This document shows positions 9,727 through 17,308 of a stretch of 19,191 bases of DNA, in pieces. The translations under genes were made by a program, and so were the position numbers. Every line of letters begins with the position of its first letter. The stretch's first letter is position 1. This stretch comes from Candidatus Methylomirabilales bacterium (GTDB lineage: Bacteria > Methylomirabilota > Methylomirabilia > Methylomirabilales > CSP1-5): positions 1 to 19,191 of the forward strand of contig JBHIAH010000047.1 of assembly GCA_046758505.1 (NCBI GenBank), written 5' to 3'. A model generated the notes under the pieces. It ran no database searches. It was not told the DNA's origin and worked only from the letters and a program-made list of their open reading frames with translations.

Positions 9727-10038
9727 ATGGGCGAGTTCGTCAAGGTCGCTGAAACCAAAGATGTCGCTGTCGGAACGGGAATCCTGGTGGAACTGAACGG
9801 AGAGCGGATCGCGCTGTTCAACGTGGACGGCACCTTGTTTGCGATTGACGATACCTGTACCCACTCGGGCGGGCCCCTGTCCGAGGGGGAGTTGGAGGGG
9901 AGCGTGGTCACCTGTCCCTGGCACGGGGCCCAGTTCGATGTCAAGACCGGCGAGGTCACTGGGCCACCCGCCCCCGAGCCTGTCACGAGTTACCGCGTGA
10001 AGGTCGAGGGGGCCGACATCCTCATCGAACGCCCATAA
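9727..10038 (+). CDS. Rieske [2Fe-2S] ferredoxin (dioxygenase ferredoxin/NirD-like)
   Basis: CTH...CPWHG..FD..TG ligand boxes; GGAGGAG RBS. Confidence 0.95.
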   Translation: MGEFVKVAETKDVAVGTGILVELNGERIALFNVDGTLFAIDDTCTHSGGPLSEGELEGSVVTCPWHGAQFDVKTGEVTGPPAPEPVTSYRVKVEGADILIERP

Positions 10039-10060
10039 GCGACACAAGGAGGAACAGGCC

Positions 10061-10435
10061 ATGAGGCTGAATCTGTGGTCTGCTGCCAGCGCGATCCTTC
10101 TGCTCCTTGTTGCCCATCCGGCGCTTGGCGTAGATTATACCAGTAAGGTCAAGCTCAGCCAACAGGACACGTACGCGTGTGGGATGACCCACCTGCACGT
10201 TCCCGGATACGCCAAGAATACGGCGGATGTGACCCTCACGGCCATTCAGGTCGAGGGCCGTGTCCTCGACACGGAGGGAAACCTGTTGGCCACCAAGGTG
10301 GTCCCTGTCATGGCCAAGGAGCTTCCGCCGGGAGAATCCGCCGCCTTCGACCTGGAATTCGTCGAAGTGACCCAACCCAACTTTGGAAAGGTGGGCGACA
10401 TCGTACTCACGGTGGTCCAAGCCCTTGCCCGATAG
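10061..10435 (+). CDS. Secreted FxLYD-like small beta-sandwich protein
   Basis: Signal peptide; GYAKNTAD..L..IQVEGRVLDTEGNLL..LPPGESAAFDL pattern; AGGAGG RBS. Confidence 0.65.
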   Translation: MRLNLWSAASAILLLLVAHPALGVDYTSKVKLSQQDTYACGMTHLHVPGYAKNTADVTLTAIQVEGRVLDTEGNLLATKVVPVMAKELPPGESAAFDLEFVEVTQPNFGKVGDIVLTVVQALAR

Positions 10436-10474
10436 CATGACACATCGGGTAGCAAACGTGTAAGTGCCTGTAAC

Positions 10475-11341
10475 CTACCACATCACCGCTGGCGCCGTCT
10501 TGGTCTCATCCATCAGGGCGCAGGGCATCCAGGGTGCGTTGTGCGCATGTCCCGTTCGTCCCTTCCGATCGACCAGGATGATTCCGCCCTCGCCCGCGCC
10601 CCGCTCGGCCAGGATTGCCATCGCCATCCCCGCGGCGTCCACCGGATGGCGGTTACCCCTCAAGAGATCGACGGCCGTCTTGGCCAAAACCACCCGGATG
10701 ATGGCCTCGCCATAGCCCGTAGCCGAGGCCGCACCCACCTCCTGATCGGCGTACGTCCCAGCACCGATCACGGCGCTGTCCCCAACCCGGCCGGGCCGCT
10801 TGCCCGAGAGACCTCCTGTCGAGGTGGCGGCCGCCACACCCCCGGACCCATCCACCGCCACCGCACCAACCGTCCCACCCCTCTCCCCTGCCTCCGCTTC
10901 CCATCTTGCCCGCTGCCGGTCGGTCACGAGCGCCTCCGGGGCGCACACCTCTATCCCGACCTCACGGGCAAACTGGGCCGCCCCGTCCGCCACCACCAGA
11001 ACGGACTGTCCCTCCTCGAGAACCCGCCGGGCAAGCCGGATGGGATTTCGAACATTCCCGACCGCGCCCACCGCCCCGGCGCGGAGGGCCCGCCCCTCCA
11101 TGACCGAGGCGTCCATCTCGACCCCCCCCGCCGCGTTCAGGACGGAACCCCGCCCGGCGTTAAAGAGAGGGTGGTCTTCCAAGAAGGCGACTGCCTCCTC
11201 CACCGCATCCAGCGCCGACCCATCCTGGAGCAGGCATCGCCATCCCGCAAGGGCCGCCCCTCGGCAACCCTCCTGCCGCGCCTCCCGGTCCGCTTCCGCG
11301 AGAAGCCCGGCACCACCGTGGACGACGATGACCGGCTTCAT
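10475..11341 (-). CDS. iaaA: Isoaspartyl peptidase/L-asparaginase (Ntn hydrolase)
   Basis: IVVHGGAG, LEDHPLFNAGRGS, EMDASVM, nucleophile GTVGAVA, ATSTGG, GRVGDS, SATGYGE. Confidence 0.93.
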   Translation of the reverse strand: MKPVIVVHGGAGLLAEADREARQEGCRGAALAGWRCLLQDGSALDAVEEAVAFLEDHPLFNAGRGSVLNAAGGVEMDASVMEGRALRAGAVGAVGNVRNPIRLARRVLEEGQSVLVVADGAAQFAREVGIEVCAPEALVTDRQRARWEAEAGERGGTVGAVAVDGSGGVAAATSTGGLSGKRPGRVGDSAVIGAGTYADQEVGAASATGYGEAIIRVVLAKTAVDLLRGNRHPVDAAGMAMAILAERGAGEGGIILVDRKGRTGHAHNAPWMPCALMDETKTAPAVMW

Positions 11342-11532
11342 GTCGCCGGCTCCTCAGGGGAATCCTCCACCCCTCTGTCGACTTCCCGCTCCACGACCTG
11401 CAGCGGTTTTAAGATGATATAGCCCCCCTCTACCCCGATCTCCAGGAGATCCCCTGGCCGGAGCATCAACTGTTTCCTGAGCTTTGCCGGTATCGTGACC
11501 TGTCCCCGATCCTTCAAGATTACCCGGTTCAA
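11338..11532 (-). CDS. AbrB/MazE/SpoVT family DNA-binding protein
   Basis: RGQVTIPAKLRKQLMLRPGDLLEI...IILKP; TTG start behind GGAGGT; ATGA overlap with iaaA. Confidence 0.88.
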   Translation of the reverse strand: MNRVILKDRGQVTIPAKLRKQLMLRPGDLLEIGVEGGYIILKPLQVVEREVDRGVEDSPEEPAT

Positions 11533-11566
11533 TCAGAACCTCCGTTGGAAAATACGAATTATTGAA

Positions 11567-11636
11567 ATTTTGACACATTTTTTGCTTGCGTCAAGCAAAA
11601 TTTGGCCTTGCCACCCCACAAGGGCTCGGGTATCCT
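11567..11636. promoter_or_regulatory. Divergent promoter region with a palindromic operator
   Basis: Palindrome TTTTGCTTG-cgt-CAAGCAAAA (11580-11600). Minus strand TTGACG-16-CAAAAT (11594-11567). Plus strand TTGCCA-17-TATCCT (11608-11636). Locally AT-rich. Confidence 0.55.
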
Positions 11637-11776
11637 TGTTTGGACTCCAGGATGCTCGAGCAAGTCTCGAACAGCGGGCATCAAAACCTTCACACTCCCT
11701 TGGCATTCTGAGAAATCTTCACTTCCAAGAGAAGGAGACGGGATTACCCGCCTCAATTTTCAGGCAGGCATCGGCG

Positions 11777-12313
11777 ATGGAAGTCTACCTCAGTGAAAAC
11801 GCCCTCATCGGGCTACTGGTCTCCACTATTGAGGTCTACCGGCGGGAATGTTTTGGCATCCTCCTGGGCCACAGCACCGCCGACCGCGTCTTTGTCGAGT
11901 TTGCCGTCCCGTACCAGACGGCCAATCGAAAGTACCGGCAAGTCCACATCGACTGGAAGCGAAGTCAGCGGGTAGAGCAGGCGGTCCATAGCACCACCCG
12001 CTGGGAATGCGTCGGGGACTATCACTCCCATGCCATGTACGGGGAGAGCCGCGCCACCATCCAGCTCTCAACAGAGGACAAACAGTACTTCGGTGATGGA
12101 ACCACCGGGATCGTGGTGGCGATCAACGATATCGTCAAACCGAGACCCTGGGGCTACGTCAAGGGGGGGACTCTCTCGGGGGCGGTAAACGGCTATTCGA
12201 TCCGGATTGCCGCCTACTATAAATCCAACGATCACGTCGAAAAGGCCAATATCATCTGCCCGTATGCCATCGGCTTCATGGAGAAGCGACAAGACCTGCT
12301 CCGGGAGCGATAG
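11777..12313 (+). CDS. Stand-alone JAB/MPN (Mov34) domain metalloprotein
   Basis: ECFGILLG, VGDYHSH and S-x2-D (STED). ATG at 11777 chosen because the longer ORF (from 11495) overlaps abrB and the promoters. Confidence 0.82.
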   Translation: MEVYLSENALIGLLVSTIEVYRRECFGILLGHSTADRVFVEFAVPYQTANRKYRQVHIDWKRSQRVEQAVHSTTRWECVGDYHSHAMYGESRATIQLSTEDKQYFGDGTTGIVVAINDIVKPRPWGYVKGGTLSGAVNGYSIRIAAYYKSNDHVEKANIICPYAIGFMEKRQDLLRER

Positions 12314-12417
12314 TGCCGGTCCAACTATTTGTGCCAACTTGTGCGCTCTCCTCGCTCACGACCCTTGCAACGCGGCAGGCCGTTCAAATTCGGCTTGGCA
12401 CGTTGGAACGGCACTAG
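12311..12417. mobile_element. MITE-like element with about 15-bp terminal inverted repeats
   Basis: TAGTGCCGGTCCAAC (12311-12325) vs GTTGGAACGGCACTA (12402-12416), 14/15 complementary; inner GTGCCAA/TTGGCAC; TA at both ends; no convincing internal gene. Confidence 0.55.
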
Positions 12418-12462
12418 CAGATGCGCGTCCCGGGAAAGGTCAGGCCGCGCGCGTCGAAGGGC

Positions 12463-13272
12463 GTGGGTGACCTCAAGCCCTATCTGGATCGCCTGTACGC
12501 CACATACGATCTGAGCTTTCTCCCGACGTCGGCCCTCAAATTTCCCCGCCGCTATCACCGACCCCAAGACATCGAAGTGGTCGGGTTGATCGCTAGCTGC
12601 TTTGCGTACGGCCGGGTGCAGGGATTCACCCCTCCGATCGACACCCTCCTCGAGGCGCTGGGGCCGCACCCCGCCCAATTTCTCCTGCAGTTCGACCCCA
12701 GGCGCGACGCCGATCGCCTCCGCGGTTTCGCCTACCGCTTTCAAACCGCCCGGGACGCCGCCTGCCTGCTCTGGTTCCTCCGGCAGGCCCTCGACCGCCA
12801 CGGTTCCCTCCGGGCCCTTTACCTTTCCGGCTACAGTGAGCGACACGAGGACACCCGACCGTCGCTGGCGACCTTCGTCGACCGCCTCCTGCAATCGGAC
12901 CCGCGACCGGTCTATCGCAAGGGCCATCTCTCCAGGGGAATGTACCACCTTCTCCCCTCGCCAAGGCGCGGGGGGACCTGCAAGCGACTGCACCTCTTCC
13001 TCCGCTGGATGGTCCGACGAGACCACATCGACTTCGGCCTCTGGCCCGAACTCAATCCGGCGAAGCTGCTCATCCCCCTGGACACGCATGTGGCCCACGT
13101 CGCAGAGCGGCTCTGCCTCACCCGCCTCAAGAGCCCCGGCCTCCCGATGGCCCTCGACATCACCCGGTCCCTGAAGCGGTTTGAGCCGACAGATCCGGTC
13201 AAGTACGACTTCGCCCTCTGCCGGTTGGGCATGCTGGGGGACGGTTCAGGGTTGAGTGTTCATGGTTCATAG
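12463..13272 (+). CDS. TIGR02757 (DUF2400) family protein
   Basis: DIEVVGLIAS.FAYGRV, KRLHLFLRWMVR.D.IDFGLW, LLIPLDTHV, DPVKYDFAL. GTG 12463 preferred; ATG 12421 is an in-frame alternative. Confidence 0.9.
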   Translation: MGDLKPYLDRLYATYDLSFLPTSALKFPRRYHRPQDIEVVGLIASCFAYGRVQGFTPPIDTLLEALGPHPAQFLLQFDPRRDADRLRGFAYRFQTARDAACLLWFLRQALDRHGSLRALYLSGYSERHEDTRPSLATFVDRLLQSDPRPVYRKGHLSRGMYHLLPSPRRGGTCKRLHLFLRWMVRRDHIDFGLWPELNPAKLLIPLDTHVAHVAERLCLTRLKSPGLPMALDITRSLKRFEPTDPVKYDFALCRLGMLGDGSGLSVHGS

Positions 13273-13500
13273 CTTGCAGTTCATGGTTCAGGGTACATGG
13301 CTCATTGGTGGCTGGTGACTAGTGAATGGTGACTGGGGAAAGCCACCAACCACCAAGCACGAGTCACCCTTCACTTTTTTCTTGTCGGTCGTCGGTTAAT
13401 CGTGATCAGTCATCAAGCCCTGAACGCTTAACCCTGAACGATCTTCCCTGATTGCTGAACCCTGAACTATGAACCATGAACCGCGTCCCGTGAACCATGG
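13243..13500. repeat. Nested inverted heptamer arrays
   Basis: Outer GGTTCA[G/T] units (13243-13303) and complementary [C/A]TGAACC units (13418-13500). Inner TGGTGAC-type units (13306-13340) and ..CACCA-type units (13342-13375), followed by a T run. Confidence 0.85.
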
Positions 13501-14433
13501 ATGAGGACGCGGAAGAGACGGATGCGACATTCCAAGAGTGCCGACGGCCACAAATGGTCCCGCGCTGGGGGACCGCGGCTGGGGGCGCATATGTCCATCG
13601 CCGGGGGGGTAGACAAGGCCTTGCTCCGCGGGGAGCAGGTCGGCTGCGACACGATCCAGATCTTCACCAAGAACAATAACCAGTGGCGCGCCAAGCCCCT
13701 CACGGACCAAGGCATCCGGACCTATCGCGAACAGCGCGACGCGACGGGAATCTGGCCGGTCATCGCCCACGGCGGCTACCTGATCAACATCGCCTCTCCG
13801 AAACGAGACCTGCACCGGCGATCCGTGGAGGCCCTCCGGATCGAGGTGGGGCGGGCGACAGCGCTCGAGATTCCCACCCTTATCATACACCCGGGGGCCC
13901 ACCTCGGGCGAGGGGAGGGAGAGGGGATTCGAAAGGTGATCGAGGGGTTGAACACGATCCTTGAGCGGACCAAGACCTCTCCCGTCACGATCTGCCTGGA
14001 GACCACGGCGGGGCAGGGCTCCAGCCTGGGCTACTGCTTCGAGCACCTGGCGGCGATCCGCGATGGGGTGAGCCAGACCGAACGCCTAGGCGTCTGCGTC
14101 GACACGTGCCATATCTTTGCCGCGGGGTACGAGATCCGGGGCCGGAGGGCATATGAAGAGACGATGCGGCAGCTCCAGGGGGTGATCGGCCTGAAACACG
14201 TCCGATGCATTCACCTGAACGACTCGCAGCGGGCGCTGGGGAGTCGGGTGGATCGTCACGCCCATATCGGCCGAGGGGAGATCGGCCTCGCAGGATTTCA
14301 GCTTCTCGTGAATGATCCGCGCCTCCGACATATTCCCATGATCCTCGAGACCCCGAAGGGGGAGGAACCCATCGCCGCAGACCGCGGCAATCTGGCCGTC
14401 CTCCGCAGCTTGATCAAGGGGGCGTGTGGGTGA
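13501..14433 (+). CDS. nfo: Endonuclease IV (deoxyribonuclease IV)
   Basis: LGAHMSIAGG, QIFTKN, HGGYLIN, HPGAH, LETTAGQG, VDTCHIFAAGY, HLNDS, DRHAHIG.G.IG, ILETP. The start may be ATG 13522. Confidence 0.96.
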   Translation: MRTRKRRMRHSKSADGHKWSRAGGPRLGAHMSIAGGVDKALLRGEQVGCDTIQIFTKNNNQWRAKPLTDQGIRTYREQRDATGIWPVIAHGGYLINIASPKRDLHRRSVEALRIEVGRATALEIPTLIIHPGAHLGRGEGEGIRKVIEGLNTILERTKTSPVTICLETTAGQGSSLGYCFEHLAAIRDGVSQTERLGVCVDTCHIFAAGYEIRGRRAYEETMRQLQGVIGLKHVRCIHLNDSQRALGSRVDRHAHIGRGEIGLAGFQLLVNDPRLRHIPMILETPKGEEPIAADRGNLAVLRSLIKGACG

Positions 14434-14446
14434 CGGGCGGGATCTG

Positions 14447-14986
14447 TTACTGCGAGGGGAAAGACCCGGGGAGACCCGGTGGAAGCGTGAGGTCAAAGCC
14501 GGGGCGACGGGCCGGCAAATCTCGGTTTTCCTGCTCCTCGGAAAGCTGAAAGGCTGACCTCACCCCCTCCCAGCTTTCGGTGGACACCATCATCGCGTTG
14601 TCAATCTTCGGGACGACCGCGGCCGGAACTCGCTCTTTCAACGCCCGCAGGAACTTCTCTTCCTTCTGCGCTGCCGCCTTGGCAATCGCCACGGACCGCT
14701 CGGCGCCGTCCTCGGCGGGAAACAGCCCGTTTTCGATTCGATCGAGAAAGAGCAGGATGCGATCCCGTGACAGCGTGAGGGACTGCACGATCTCCATAAC
14801 CTCGAGGTGCAACTCATCAGGGACGGCTGAGGACACTTCGAGCAGCGACGTGGCATTCTTCTGGGTGAGCTCTTTTGTTTGCTCCCTGGCCTTGTGCAGA
14901 TCCAACGAGGCCGCGGCGACGAGGGTCCCCAAGGCCAGGACGGCCAGGACACCTCCGAAAGCGCCACCGAGATGCCTGCGCGTCAT
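14447..14986 (-). CDS. Hypothetical exported helical protein with an internal repeat
   Basis: GGAGGAGG RBS before ATG 14986; signal-like N-terminus MTRRHLGGAFGGVLAVLALGTLVAAA; 179 aa. Confidence 0.7.
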   Translation of the reverse strand: MTRRHLGGAFGGVLAVLALGTLVAAASLDLHKAREQTKELTQKNATSLLEVSSAVPDELHLEVMEIVQSLTLSRDRILLFLDRIENGLFPAEDGAERSVAIAKAAAQKEEKFLRALKERVPAAVVPKIDNAMMVSTESWEGVRSAFQLSEEQENRDLPARRPGFDLTLPPGLPGSFPSQ

Positions 14987-15123
14987 CGCCTCCTCCAATC
15001 CCCAAGACTGTGTATCATCGGAGGGCCCCGCCGCCGGAGCCACCCCCTCTCTTCAACGAACGGGACGGTAGGTCGATTCCGTCACCCTCTCCGCCGCGGA
15101 ACCGGCGGAGCGTTCACGAAACA

Positions 15124-15480
15124 TTACGCCGGGGGCCGAAATCCCGGCACGCCGACGACGGCCTCGTTGATCTTTGCCGCCAGAATGAAATCGCTTTCGG
15201 TCAGGCCGTTGATCTTGTGGGTCCAGATCTCGATCGTGGCCTTCCCCCACCCAAAGCTGATATCGGGATGATGCCCCTCCTGCTCGGCGATCGCGCCCAC
15301 GCGATTCACGAAGTGCAGCGTCGCCTTGAAGTCCTTGAAGCGGAAGGTCTTGCGGAGGTGGTGCGCCTCTACCACCTCCCACCCCTCGACCTGCGCGATC
15401 AAGGGGGCGATCTCTCTACCCGTGAGAGGCGGCGTCCCCCCCTTACACGGGACACACGACTTATGCGCCAACTGCGACAC
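15124..15480 (-). CDS. phhB: Pterin-4-alpha-carbinolamine dehydratase
   Basis: CVPC.GG..PL, F.FKDF, AEQEGHHPDI, WTHKINGLTESDFILAAK; GTG start behind GGAGGT. Confidence 0.93.
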   Translation of the reverse strand: MSQLAHKSCVPCKGGTPPLTGREIAPLIAQVEGWEVVEAHHLRKTFRFKDFKATLHFVNRVGAIAEQEGHHPDISFGWGKATIEIWTHKINGLTESDFILAAKINEAVVGVPGFRPPA

Positions 15481-15773
15481 GACAACCTCCTCGCAAGGGG
15501 GGGCCCTCTCCCCGGCTCATGCTCATCATACCCACGTCCGGCCGCGGCGGCAAGTCTCCTGAGCCCCGGAAGGTAATTCGACGACCCTCTCTTGATAGCC
15601 CGCCTCCTGCTCCCCCCTTTCGCCCGTACCTTCCCCTGCATCCGGCACCGCCATTGCCTGGGGGGGGTGTGAGAACCAGGCGATCGACGGGAGCCGGAAC
15701 AGACAAAAACATGTTTGCCATTCCGTATCAATAAGTTGCCATACATACCTTCATCCACCCCTTAAAAAAAACG

Positions 15774-15802
15774 TTGCACCCCCCTAGATTGTCTGGTATA
15801 AG
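15774..15802 (+). promoter_or_regulatory. Sigma70-type promoter for the M23 peptidase gene
   Basis: TTGCAC (15774-15779), 17-nt spacer, TATAAG (15797-15802) preceded by TG; A-tract upstream. Confidence 0.55.
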
Positions 15803-15827
15803 CCATGCACCTGTAAAGGAGGGACAG

Positions 15828-17180
15828 GTGCGGGACCTCAAGTCACAGAAGAACATAGAGCGGGTCTTGGGAAGGCAGCGACCCGCGCTGAAGAAGTTGA
15901 AGAAGAGGTTCGGGGGACCGGGATCCGGCTTCTTTGTCGCGGGACTGCTCTTTCTTTCCGCCCTGGTGATCTCCTCGCTTCTTCCGGTACGCAAACAGAC
16001 ACCGCGATCTCCCGAACGGCAGACCTCGCCTACCGCAGGAGTCCCCCGGGTGGCCGAGTCCCTCTCGAGGGCCCTTCTCCACCCGTCGCACCGGCTGATC
16101 CACGGCTCGGTTCGACGCGGGCAGACCTTCGCCCAGGCCCTGACGGCCGAAGGCCTCTCCCCGCGCCTCACGCATGAGATCGCCCGAGCCCTCCGCCCCC
16201 ATCTCAACTTCCGCAAGATCAGGCCGGGAGCGACATTTCAGGCAAGCCTGAATGCGAGCGAGGCGCTCCTGCATTTCGTGTATCGGGCCTCTCCCCTCGA
16301 GATTTATGAGGTGACTCGGACAGAGACCGGCTATCGGGCGGTACAGCGCGTCGTCCCTGTGGAGCGACGCGTGGAACGCGTTGCCGGCAAGGTCACCTCG
16401 TCCCTCTTCGAGAGCATGGAGGCTCTCGGGGAACGACCCGAGCTCACCCTCCGCTTCGTCAATATCTTCCTCTGGGACTTCGACTTCAACAGCAGCGCGA
16501 GACCCGGGGACGAATTCCGGTTGCTCGTGGAGAAGGAATACAGCGGGGACACGCTCGTCCGCTACGGGAAAATCCTCATCGCGCAGTATGAGAATCGGGG
16601 AAAGACCCACACCGGGATCTATTTTGAAGCCCGGCGCGGCACGGGGGACTTCTATACCCCGAACGGCAGGTCCGTACGCAAGACCTTTCTCCGCTCCCCA
16701 TTGCGATTCACCCGAATCAGTTCCCGCTATACGCACCGCAGACGCCACCCGATCTTGGGCGGGGTCAGACCCCACCTGGCCGTGGATTACGCGGCCCGGC
16801 CGGGGACGCCGGTCTGGGCCGTCGCCGACGGCGTGGTCCTCTCGGCCGGGTGGAATAGGGGCAACGGCAAGTCGATTCTCATCCGGCACCGAGGTGGGTA
16901 CCGGACCATGTATAACCATCTATCCAGGTTCGCCAGACGTATTCGAAGGGGAACCCGGGTTCGGCAGAAGCAGGTGATCGGCTACGTGGGATCCACGGGC
17001 CTCTCCACGGGACCCCACCTGGATTACCGCGTGATCAAGAATGGTCACTTTGTGAACCCCCTCAGGCAAAAATTCATCCCGGGGGACCCCATCCCCAGGT
17101 CCCAGCGGGCCAGGTTCCGGCGTCTCCGCGACCGCCTCCTGCAGAAGCTGCAGTCACCTGAACTCGCCTCAGCGAAGTAG
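15828..17180 (+). CDS. M23 family peptidoglycan DD-endopeptidase (MepM/Csd3-like), membrane anchored
   Basis: TM helix, OapA-like region, RISS.Y..RRHPILG..RPHLAVDYAA..GTPV, YNHLS, GSTGLSTGPHLDY; GTG start behind AAGGAGG. Confidence 0.92.
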   Translation: MRDLKSQKNIERVLGRQRPALKKLKKRFGGPGSGFFVAGLLFLSALVISSLLPVRKQTPRSPERQTSPTAGVPRVAESLSRALLHPSHRLIHGSVRRGQTFAQALTAEGLSPRLTHEIARALRPHLNFRKIRPGATFQASLNASEALLHFVYRASPLEIYEVTRTETGYRAVQRVVPVERRVERVAGKVTSSLFESMEALGERPELTLRFVNIFLWDFDFNSSARPGDEFRLLVEKEYSGDTLVRYGKILIAQYENRGKTHTGIYFEARRGTGDFYTPNGRSVRKTFLRSPLRFTRISSRYTHRRRHPILGGVRPHLAVDYAARPGTPVWAVADGVVLSAGWNRGNGKSILIRHRGGYRTMYNHLSRFARRIRRGTRVRQKQVIGYVGSTGLSTGPHLDYRVIKNGHFVNPLRQKFIPGDPIPRSQRARFRRLRDRLLQKLQSPELASAK

Positions 17181-17220
17181 CGCGCCAATCGCGTCGACCG
17201 ACAACCAACTACCCAAGACA

Positions 17221-17274
17221 TTTCCAATTTCGAAATTCGAATTTCGAACTCCAGGCGACTGTGAACCGTGAACC
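17221..17274. repeat. Short heptamer tandem repeats between convergent genes
   Basis: TTTCCAA TTTCGAA ATTCGAA TTTCGAA (17221-17248) and GTGAACC GTGAACC (17261-17274). Confidence 0.65.
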
Positions 17275-17308
17275 GGTCAAATAGGGATCGGTCATCGAGT
17301 TCTTGGAG

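Noticed and set aside
9727..10038. Aromatic ring-hydroxylating dioxygenase or nitrite reductase cluster
   Set aside because: The ferredoxin stands alone, with no oxygenase, reductase or nirB gene nearby.
11338..12313. Toxin-antitoxin pair or CBASS (Cap3 JAB) defence locus
   Set aside because: No toxin, CD-NTase, E1/E2 or effector gene is in the window, and the neighbours are housekeeping genes.
13243..13500. CRISPR array (also considered for 5788-5927)
   Set aside because: The units are 7-nt degenerate tandem repeats without unique spacers, and no cas genes are present.
15700..15745. Sigma54 promoter on the minus strand (TGGCAA..)
   Set aside because: Neither TGGCA copy has the GC at the required -12 spacing.
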